Shown here: positions 53,311 to 63,335 of the stretch, in pieces | Numbering within the stretch: position 1 is the stretch's first letter | How the letters are laid out: every line of letters begins with the position of its first letter | Source of the DNA: Catajapyx aquilonaris | Lineage: Eukaryota | Assembly (NCBI GenBank): GCA_000934665.2 | Contig: KZ538578.1 | Location: forward strand, 1-63,335 | Length of the DNA stretch: 63,335 nt | Direction of reading: 5' to 3' | Notes under the pieces: model-generated | Told to the model about the DNA's origin: nothing | Seen by the model: only the letters and a program-made list of their open reading frames with translations | The model's database searches: none | Program-made: the position numbers and the translations under genes

Positions 53311-54253
53311 TTCTACAATGTTTGGTATGAAATTATTATACGTACTGTTGGAAATGCCCAATGGTGTATACATCACTTACACTCACAAGTAGCACATTTG
53401 AAGGTGAGACAGAAGTGGAAATGTGCTTTGGTGGGATTTTACCGATACGGATGGCAGGTCAGTTCATAAACACGTGTTATATGTTACAGAGTGTGTAACA
53501 GACGCGTTCAAAATTCATATTTTTTACTTGGGTCAGACTAATTTGACGAATGTTACGAAATCAGTTAAAAATTATATAGAAAAAATAGTGCAAACAAGTT
53601 CAACTAGTGAGTAGAAAAGCGATGTCAACTAGAAACGGGAATGTTGGAGAGCGACTCTGTGGACACTTGTGGATTTTAGTCATGCATTGGACAGTCCAGC
53701 ACACAGCGTATTTTTCTTTATTTTTAGTACCGGTATTGGTAATTATTACTCCAACGCTACTATATCCTGATTTTTGAGTAGCAGAGTCACGCAATTAAAC
53801 AGAGAAGCAAGTAGCTCAAGTAGCTATACAGGTCCAGTTATTTACCAAAAAATGGGGGGAAACTCGGGGTCAAATTTCACCGCATTCCTTTTCTCTCCCT
53901 GCAAACTGACACCAACCGCCACAGTGTGTACTATACCTCCGTAACAAATATGCATTACTAACAGGTCTAATTGGAGGCTTTCGTTCGATTCAGAATGCCC
54001 TAGTAGTTGCATATAAAACATTCACACCACGAATAGCTACTGAAGTGTCCGTAACAAATCTATTGTCGTCACTGGCAGTTTCTTTGCTAGATATTTCTTC
54101 GTCGCGTGCAGAGAGGCCAGGGTCCCGACAACCAGTCACAATACTATTTATATGAACAGTTCAGTTAAATAATAAAAAAAGAGTTGATTATGTATATAGG
54201 CTATCCCGGACATGTAATACCCTGTTGGAATGCAGACAAGACGCAACCTTGTG

Positions 54254-55570
54254 CTAGACAGGGGTGGTCCTTCTCAACGTATCGAAGGCAAAGTCCGCCC
54301 TTTGCTCCTCGCAGTTGCCGTGCGAGTCATAGCAGAATTCTCTGGAAAATTCGCGTGTCATGTCCGCCGAAGTGGACACGGTGTTGCAGGTTGCGTCCCG
54401 AGAAAAAACCACCGGAAAGGCCTCGCACGCTGCGGACGGGAAACTGTAGAAGGACAGATCTCGCATAGAGTTGGTAAGTAACGGTAAGTGATGTGGCAAC
54501 GGCGCCAATATGGAGCCGTGGGCGCAGCATCGGTTCTCAGGCCTAGGTGAGGGTTCGTGGCTTCCATAACGAGAACTCCAGCTGTAACGACGTACCCGAT
54601 GGTTATACTGCTGTTGTTGCTGTTGAAGTTGCTGTTGTTGGTGTTTCTTGCAAATGATGGGCATCGTTGGAGCAGGCGGAGGCAAGATGTGGTCGATATC
54701 ACTTGAACTCTGGTCGGAGGACACCTTGCGACGCTCGCGTTTGCGGCTCCAGTCTTTCTGGTGCCAGTATATGTACAGGAATATGGCACACGTTCCAGCC
54801 ATTTCAGTGGACATGAACCCGGACACTATGAGAAGGAAGCTGAAACCATAGCTGTAGGTGAACAGGGCTGGCTGGTAGGCGCTTTTCTGGCGCAGCTTTC
54901 CTCCAATCTCAGCTTTGAAGATGGAGATGTACATCACCAGACCAATGAGCATGAAGAGACCTGTGGAGGAATCGAGAATACGTACGAATATTCTTAAGAG
55001 TAGAACGAAGCATGCAGATCCTCTAACTCTAACATTGCTGCTCATGTGATCAAAATCATCTCATTCTCACTGTGCAGCATGAAGTTGCTGTCATGGCTGA
55101 TTTAGAACAATGTGCCTTATGCAGCTGTGAAGTAGGATGTCAGGCCTACATCCTAAGTCTAGCTTTATAGCTTCATTAACGTATACAGGGTGTATACTAA
55201 TAAATATGCCAAAATGATACGGATACATATGGAAGAAGCATGGCATGGGTCCGAAAGGCCGGCGACGAGCCATTTTGGAAATATCCACCTTTGACATCGA
55301 CGATGTCCATCCTGACAAGTGTGGATACCCCCATACAACATGCCTGCATTGCTAGTTGCCGGAGTCAGGCGCTCGCAGATCGTTGCTCAATTACCAGACT
55401 CCGGCAACCAGAGATCCAGGCATGCACTTGTCAGGTTAAACATCGTCGACGTCAATGTCGTCGCCGACCTTTCGGACCCATGCCATACTTCTTCCGTATG
55501 CATTTTGTCAGATTTATTCTTATCACCCTGTATATTTGACTGGTTAGGGCCCGATTGCACCAGTGCAAGT

Positions 55571-55629
<59 letters not shown>

Positions 55630-56765
55630 GAGAGTTTTAATGGATGCTATACTCATTGCTGATTTATTGTTGTTGACAATCCCTCGGCAGATCACCTATT
55701 AATACTTTTATTAGAGCACCTGGCCTAATGGCAACTTGTGTCAACGCATATTAAGGAGAAATCTCCAATTAAGTATGGAGAATATTATCCATAATATTAT
55801 ATTTCCCTGTAATTTGCAATGATACAACAAGTCCTACGAACCATTACTCACCACCCTTTAGCACAATGCATAATATAGTTAAAACGCATTATTGTAGTTA
55901 AATAATGCAGAAACTAATGGCATAGCTTCCAATCCGTATGTATCAGTATCCGACACAAGTTTCGAGCCTTAAATCTTTTCCTAAAATGTTATTGTCAAGA
56001 TATACCTGAGATGATGAATATGATCCCTGAAATAAAGGTAAAGATGCGACGTTTCCGTCCAAAGTGGCCAAAACAGCAAAAGAATTCGCCCACAAAGAGG
56101 AAACAAGTTGCCATGATGTAAAAGGCTGCAGACTTGATGACTGCATCTGAAACACAGAAGTAACATAATATTGTATCCGAAATGAGAATATAATCATGCC
56201 CAAAAAATACACTCAAACTGCGTTATTTAAGACAAAATAATAACCTAGTTGGAGAGCTGTTACTTGAAAGCGAAACATTCTGTCCATTCTGGTCACCGTC
56301 ACCAGGAATATTTACCTGCCATAGGCAAATTGGGATCAAGTGATGCATGTAGTTCCCTTTCAAGTCGCAAGCCCTGTATAAGCCAAAAGCCTAACGCACT
56401 GTAGGCCTACTACTGTACACAACGTCATTGGTGTTTCAATATGGAGGCCTTTATTCATATTGGTTTTGACAGCCTTATGATCAAACCATAATATATTATT
56501 GACACAAACAACTAAATTGTTTTCCTGTCATGCATAGAAGAAATTAGTCCCTTTGGATGCCTCTCAGTAAATCATGGTATGGAGTGTATTTGGAAATATG
56601 CCTGCCGAACAACGGACCACAACAAAGAGCAGCTAGGATTGCGTTTGATGAAAAGCCGAATTGTTTACTTACATGGTATTGCCATTGTGGAATCATTGGG
56701 GTCTGGGCTATACTCTTCATGGGGAAAGTAGTCTATGTTGGTGCAATGCATGTCTAGATCCCCGG
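54254..56765 (-). CDS. stg1: Stargazin/TARP-like (voltage-dependent calcium channel gamma subunit-like) protein; last three coding exons, 5' exon(s) not found in the window
   Basis: Exons (minus): 56765-56673 (HCTNIDYFPHEEYSPDPNDSTMAIPY), 56146-56006 (RRIFTFISGIIFIISG), 54960-54254 (GLFMLIGLVMYIS, YSYGFSF, polyQ, RRYSWSSRYGS, C-terminal RRTTPV*). RRTTPV is the class I TARP PDZ-binding end. Phases match. Confidence 0.9.
55186..55530. mobile_element. Tc1/mariner-type MITE (TA|CAGGGTG)
   Basis: TA|CAGGGTG...CACCCTG|TA, with long internal inverted arms (GGAAGAAG.ATGGCATGGGTCCGAAAGG and CCTTTCGGACCCATGCCAT.CTTCTTCC). Confidence 0.75.
55572..55633. repeat. (GA)n microsatellite
   Basis: Seen directly. 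Confidence 0.95.
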
Positions 56766-56872
56766 CTGAAAGGGTGAAAATAATGCAACATATTAGTTAT
56801 ATTAGCGATTCAGATTCAAGTTTTAGATGGTATTAGGTACAGATGGAAAAAGTTTCATGTGTTGTTTACCAC

Positions 56873-57040
56873 CACGAGGGGGTGCAGAAAAGTTTTACAT
56901 CTAGGTATGAAGTGTACGAATGCAATAACCGATGCAATACCTTTATTCAACATAGTATTTCCTCTTCGCTGCGTTTCACCACATATTATCTGGAATCCAC
57001 AATTGGACTCCTTTTCAAAGCTTTATAATGCTACAGGCCA
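56873..57040 (-). mobile_element. Mariner 3' end relic
   Basis: CACGAGGGG TIR-like end. The minus strand reads a decayed version of the mariner C-terminus ending ...YYVE*. Confidence 0.45.
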
Positions 57041-57998
57041 CAGCTGAATGATCTTTTGGGTGAACCAGTTGAAACTGGCAGGCTTACCATATACAGGGTG
57101 TTTCGTAGTGAGTCAGACTTTTTGGGGTGAGTTTTCGAGAACCAGTAGGGGATTATTTGACGATAGGGATGTCAGTTTGTCTCCGCAGCCACGAAACTCA
57201 GATAATAATATATACATGGAAAGAGCAAAATACTAAGTACTTTTGCTCTGAGACTGCCTGCAACATTTTCATTCTCTCAGAAACGGATAGACTATTATAT
57301 TAAATGACATCAAACCGACCATCAAACCGGGTTAAAACCTGCCTTTAATTATCTAGGAGGAAATGTTTATATCTCCTCAGAGTCTTTTTAGAGGGGGGGG
57401 GGAGAGAAGGATTTTTGTAAGAATGTGGAAAACAATGGACTAATTAAATCACTGTCTTGTAATATATGACATGCCATTTTTCGCTAGCCCAACAGAGATT
57501 CAGAGAATGTTGTAGCTTGACTGCTTGGGTGTTTAATTTCGGAGACACTACAGGAATGTGTGAGGGAACATTTTCATAAATCAAGATTTGAACCAATTGA
57601 GTGGCTGCAATATTTCAACAAAGAGACTGAATAATTAAGGTGGACATGCTGTTTACCAGAAAATGTTACTGCCATAAAAAGAAATAAAAGCCGGAAAGAC
57701 GAAATAAAAGGCCTAATTTGAAACTTACTGTTTCATAGCATTATACATGAAAACGTCTGCATTTAAAGTTCAAATAATTTATTTTAAATTGTATTACACT
57801 TGCGTACACTAATTTTAATTAATTCAATAAGATAATTTCATATTAGTCGATTCGATAATTACCATCAATTCCTTTCCATTAACACAAAATTTTACATCAA
57901 CATTTACTATATTCTTACTTTAAAATGAAAATTGAATTATATATTTAATTCATTGTAAAATTAACATTGCTAAAGATTAACTAGTAGTGGGACTTATA

Positions 57999-58436
57999 CA
58001 TGGTGTATCAAAACTCCACCATAAGCCATATGCCAATGGCTTAATGGGCACCAGGGGATCAATTAATGTAGAGGAGTCATTATGTCTGGGCAGCCTCATT
58101 ACTGAGATAATTGATCATTTGCGTTTTAGCAATTGGGCCTAAGAGTGATTGTCACAGATTGTCACAGATTGTCACAAATGGTCACAGATCACATGCGACA
58201 TGCAGTACACATGCGACATGCTAGTAGATAAATGGAAAAGCTGCTATTTTCACGAGTGATGCGATGTCGGGGCTGAAGGTTTCCATACCTCCCAGGATAC
58301 CTTGTACTACGTGTTTGAAGGCAATTATCTCCGTAATGAGGCGGCCTAGAGATGATGACCCCTCTACATATAATGATGCTCTGGTGCCCCTTATGCCATT
58401 GGTACATGGCTTATAATAGAGTTTTGATACACCCTG
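57999..58436. mobile_element. Tc1/mariner-type MITE (CAGGGTG terminus)
   Basis: TA|CATGGTGTATCAAAACTC...GAGTTTTGATACACCCTG|TA, with imperfect arms of about 95 bp and internal (GATTGTCACA)n. Confidence 0.72.
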
Positions 58437-59700
58437 TATACACGGTGCTTCTCTTCGTAATTTTATGGTCCCTAGAAAGGTGGAAGAGGGGTGGGGTGAG
58501 GGGTGGGGCGAAATAATTGGGTTAATAACCCCTGGACCACATTCTAACTCCAGTCTAGACTAAACACAAGGTTTATTTCTTCATTTTTTAAATACCATTT
58601 TGCATGTCGCCAACTTTGTTTACATTGCCAGGAATGACTAATAATTCATCATCTCTTCTCCATTCCCCCCTCTTCGGACCGTCAGCTTGGACAAAATTAA
58701 TAATAAAAGGGTCAATTTGAGTATGGTAACGAAAGGTGTTATTTTCCAACCATAATTTGTATGCTGCATTCTGTGACTCGACAACAAGAACCGTGTATTG
58801 TACCTTTATCGCCGTCCCCGACTTACGTAGTCTAGACTTACGTACAAAAATCATATATGTGCAAATGTAGTCACCGTCAGTCATCTACGTGATAAAAATC
58901 TTAGAGCAATAAGCAAAACAAATGTACTGATTCCGTCCATTATTTTCCAAGATCAATTTTATCATAATATCCTACCGAATTTCCTCGACAATTTTTTTTG
59001 GACATGTTAACCACGGAAATGAATATTTTTTATGCGTCCCATTTTGAGCATTCCTGATTTTGTAATCGCTGTTTTTGTTGTTTGGATCAAACCATTTGGG
59101 CCACAGTGGTTGGGCTCCACCAAACATGTGGGTCTGACTGATCCTCGAATCGATGCACAGGGTTGCGGAACAATCCACTTAAGTTTCCTGTACACCCCCT
59201 ATTTCTAAAATTCATTACATCACTTGATTCAAAACTAATTTCCAGATTTCACAAATTTTTTCCCCGTGTCCAAAAATATAGGCCAATTTCGTGAAATCCG
59301 TTGTGGGCGTTTTCGAACCTTGTCAATATATTTTATCCAATAATGAACTCAACGTGGCTGATTCATCTTGAAATATAATTAGCTGTTAATAGCAAAGCGG
59401 AAGTTAGTATTGCAAAACAGCGTTCCTGAGCTGAGATGTAGGAGTCAGAGAGTTGAAAGGTTAAGATCGTTAGCGTTTTAAATGGCCTCAAAATGCGATA
59501 TGTCTGTTTTCAAAGATGATCCCTGAGTTTAGTGCAAAACACTGGTTGAGTGTACATATTTTGTTGCTATAAAATATTCTGATTTCACGAAAGTGTTTCA
59601 TGGGTACAGTCATGATATTTCATAATCATAACTCAGAATGTGTTATTTGCTCAAATCCACATTGCTATGTTAGTCTTGCAAAGTAAATGTTCACATATTT

Positions 59701-59939
59701 TATTTCATTTATTTTTTATTTATCATACCCCGTGCTAGAGCCTTTGGGTCCCTTAGGGGGGTGGATTACCACCATTGGCTGGGACCAGGGATAGGGAAGG
59801 AAGGAAGCGGCTGTGGCCTATTTTTACGGAAACGACCCCAGAATTGCCCTGGGGGGGNGGGGGGGGCACGGAAAACCACAGAAAACCACGGTCAGAGTTG
59901 CCGGCCCCGGGATTCGAACCCAGGACCTCCCGATTAGCA
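59701..59939 (-). mobile_element. 5'-truncated SINE family A variant
   Basis: Shares AAAACCACGGTCAGAGTTGCCGGCCCCGGGATT and GGAAGGAAGCGGCTGTGGCCTATT with the 25405 copy, but has a different pre-tail segment. Confidence 0.75.
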
Positions 59940-60526
59940 AGCTCATCATGTTGTGGTGTAACGTTTCGTCGTACCGGTAATAATTTTGGGCCAGTAGGCT
60001 ACACTGCCGTGATTTAGGTATATAACGTGGGCATGCAAGGTAAAACTACCAACTTTGACAGTTTTGAGTAATTTACACGACTAAGTCGCTTTTTAAATGT
60101 TCTAGCCTGGTGGTTTGTTAATCCTGGATATTCATAAGGGGCCAGCAAACCACAATTTTTTGTTTTTACTAGCAATAGTCAGATCTTTGCTTTGGAAGAT
60201 CTACAAACTGTTTTTGCTGTGGATTTCTCTTGCATGATCACGATAAGGTTGTTTCGTCTTATGTGACTTAGGTTTAAGGACAATTTATGAATAACTATGT
60301 TTAGTATCGGTATATTTCTTACCCATCCTTATACCCTCATACAGTATGACGTACAGTACACAAGTGTATGTTTTAAAACTGTAAAATGTAATTGTTGCGT
60401 TTTATGCAAAATAATATTGAATTAATCTGATAACTGCTCAATACTGGTTGGGTAGTTTGATGCCCCATTAAATGGGATATTGCAATGGGCATGCGTAAGC
60501 ATGTAATCTACAAGTTTATTAAATCA

Positions 60527-60834
60527 TTAGCTGCGGCACCCGGCGTTGCCCGGGGAGAAATGAATGAAGGGAAAACACCTGCCAGTACCCCCGTCAACTG
60601 TCTGTATTTCTCTGTGTCCGGCCACCAATGCCATCTGTGGTCCTGCTACTCCAACTCCTTCAACCTCTCCCGCCTGTATAATGGCAACCGTCATTTGCCT
60701 GCCATCTGTAGTCAACCCCCAACACCTCCACCCTCTCCCAGCCTGGGGGTGGAGCACAGATGGCAGGCAAATGACGGTTGGAGGCGGACAGACAGACAGA
60801 CAGACAGACTCACAAACGGCTTTATTTATATAGA
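60527..60834 (-). mobile_element. Non-autonomous Helitron
   Basis: Minus strand A|TCTATATAAATAAAG, (TCTG)n, 3' hairpin CCCGGGCAACGCCGGG, then CTAA|T (CTRR end at an A|T target, no TSD). Confidence 0.8.
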
Positions 60835-63335
60835 TGTAACTGCATCTGGGTAGTTGCAGATTTCATCTAAGTATGACAGGACACTAATTACTGTACACAT
60901 ATATATATCCCTGGGGGCTGGTTGTATGAAAATTCTCCGATGTGATCCTCTAACCGAAAGTTTGTACTGGTACAAATATCCTGATCCTGCAACATGCAAA
61001 GAGAAATTACTCTATAGGGAAATTAAGCCCTCCAACACCTCAACTTTAGAGCAAAAGAGCAAATGGCACACACTAATGACACATGGCATATCTGTGTGCG
61101 CAGTGCTCTTCAAGTGTCATTCTCCACACTTCCTGTTCACACCAGACTGCCAAAAATGTGGCATGGTTAGGTGGTCTACACAGAAAGGGCGAAAAGTTAC
61201 AGTATGTTTACCACAGCAACCATGGTAAAGAGAGCCTACCAACAAGTGCTGAAGTGCATGCAGCCATGATCAACTTCCAACAGCTCACCCTGTACCGGTC
61301 TGACCCTGATGAGTGCCTGTTCAATCTTACAAAACACATTTTAATAATGAGTCCCATGTGAGGATCCAGATATTGCTCAGCTACCATCGGTTAGTAAGAA
61401 CAGAACATAGTGGGTTAAGCATATAACCTTCTGAGTAGGCGGACTACTTACTGGAAATGGCTGTACATGAATCTGAATGATATTATGCCCGAGGTGAATT
61501 GGCATTGGAATATTCAGGGATATTAGGATTCCCTCTATACATAGACATCATTCTTATTTTCTTCGCGCAAGATGAGAAAGTGGGGCATGGTCGCCTCCAC
61601 CTCGCAGGGAGATCCACCCTCGATAGAAAAGTAATTCCCAGTGCTCGGAGAGGGGCAGAGAAGTTCAAAGCCAATATCTTTCCAATTACTCTGGCTGATG
61701 CTGCCTTAGCAACTCGACAATTGTCAGTTTCCCGTTCCAACACCTAAAGTTCATATTCCGAGTAGGAATAAACGGAAATGTCTCCTTATGACTTCTATAT
61801 CCTGTCTACCTCCGCTCCTAGTCTACATGTAGCTCCGGTTGAAATTGCATGCCCCCCCCCTCCCCCTCCGCCCCCTCTGCAAGTAGGTACAACTTGTAAT
61901 GTAATGTTAGAATGTAGCCAGCTTCAAAGCTCGGGTAGAGCGGTCTCGCTGATTCGAGTCAACGAGCCTTGCTTCGTCATTTGGCCACCTGAAAATCATG
62001 CTTTGGAACTTCCGCAACAAAGGGCCTGTTTTGGTTTGAGGACATTTTTCAAACTCAGTGTTTCACTAGAATGTACTGTATTCTTCTGTAGCCTACTGTT
62101 GCAAAACGACGCATTTACACACAGCAGTAAGCCAGATGGAAACAGCTTTGTGCAGATACGTTGTTTTTGGAAAGTTCTGCAGACTGGGCTGCGGTAGTAT
62201 CGGCACATTATATTGGGATTTTTTGAAAAAAATTTATAGGGAATGTGACGTTTTTAACTGTTCAAATTGATTTAACATATGACACCCAAATGACTTTTAA
62301 TTGGTGTAAGAACATTATCATTGTGTAAATTGACTAATCAATGCGCTACTAATATGGCGCAGATACTAACATAACGTTCATATCCCAATGTTTACTCAAT
62401 AGACTTTAGAGAATGGGGTTGAGTGAAGGGAGCTTTTTATTGTGAAAGTTAGGTAGTGATTAACAGGAGAGTGTCATGAAATTTGTCTTTGGTTGACACT
62501 AACTGGGTAATGAGGTGAGGATCTATTATCTCCTTCTTCAGTCTCCGGCTCAACTAAAACTTTCTACAGTACTTGATAACTTATATATTTTTGGAGGTAA
62601 AATATATAGACAAAACCTCCATTGTTCGACATACCCAGAATTATACTGGTAAGCCGGTAAAACAAATGTGCATTTTCTACAATTTGCTCAGGCCACAGAT
62701 TTTACCGGCATGTCACTTTATGGGCGGTAATTATTTCGGGTTGTAGCATCCCTGAAACCTGCTCTCATTCCTTCTCCCAATTTTGAGCATTGGTATCTCA
62801 TTTTCTCTATGTATAAAATATAATATTATTTTGGGTTGATGTTGATTCTGAGTCATCGATGAAGAGTAATGCTACAGTAGTACAATACGTATGATAATTC
62901 CTTAATTTAGTTTTTTGTGCATATCTTCCGTTTTTTTAAAAAAAACTTTTTTTGTGATGCAAGTTATAACTTGCACATGCCAATTCACATCTATACGCTT
63001 GCTCCTGGGATGGGATCTTGGCCTTCTATTGGCACAGTAAGACTGAGGAAATTGCCTAATAGGCGAGAATATCCCAACATGCAGGGTGTTTACGACCTAA
63101 CTTTACAAACTTCTAGGGGTAATAGAGGGGACCAGCCCACGGACACTTATACTACGTTCTGGCGTTATCAGCTGCCGAGGCATTTTGCACCGGGCGCTCA
63201 CCTGAGACCGCCAGGAGTCATTTCGGGGGCCACGACATAGTGGCGACCCTACCGGACTACGGCTGAACTTTATAGGTACGAAGGGGGCCCATCATGGCCG
63301 CCGGAGGCCATGTTGGGCCCCCCAATGTAGCCCTC

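Noticed and set aside
54961..55045. N-terminal extension MSSNVRV... of the 263-aa ORF
   Set aside because: It is intronic. The acceptor TCCACAG|GT at 54961/54960 joins in phase to the 56146-56006 exon.
56800..63335. Search for the first stargazin exon (SGLW motif) and evaluation of ORFs 60854-61228 and 61778-62197
   Set aside because: No matching exon or recognisable domain was found. The upstream exon probably lies beyond the window.

Overview
Eukaryotic, AT-rich, intron-containing genomic DNA, most consistent with an arthropod; there are no prokaryotic operons or CRISPR arrays. Four spliced genes were reconstructed by hand, with GT-AG boundaries and consistent exon phases. (1) A complete 8-exon SCPEP1/RISC serine carboxypeptidase (minus, 2505-14999, 440 aa). 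(2) A 7-exon THEG-repeat gene (minus, 15846-19266, about 305 aa) that the ORF track shows only in fragments. (3) A 4-exon PMP22/claudin-superfamily tetraspan gene (plus, 26409-41986, 274 aa). (4) The last three exons of a stargazin/TARP-like gene (minus, 54254-56765, ending RRTTPV), convergent with gene 3. Introns and intergenic DNA hold many transposon derivatives whose termini and target-site duplications (TSDs) can be read directly. These include a Helitron-type PIF1 helicase relic, a hAT relic, three Tc4/Tc5-type CAAGGGAA fold-backs, Kolobok-, CACTA-, Harbinger-, P-like and Tc1/mariner MITEs, and four tRNA-derived SINE types. The least explained items are two atypical tRNA-like cloverleaves between the convergent genes, one of them closed by complementary flanks. 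I found no clear evidence of a novel multi-gene system. Family assignments come from motif recognition, not database searches.
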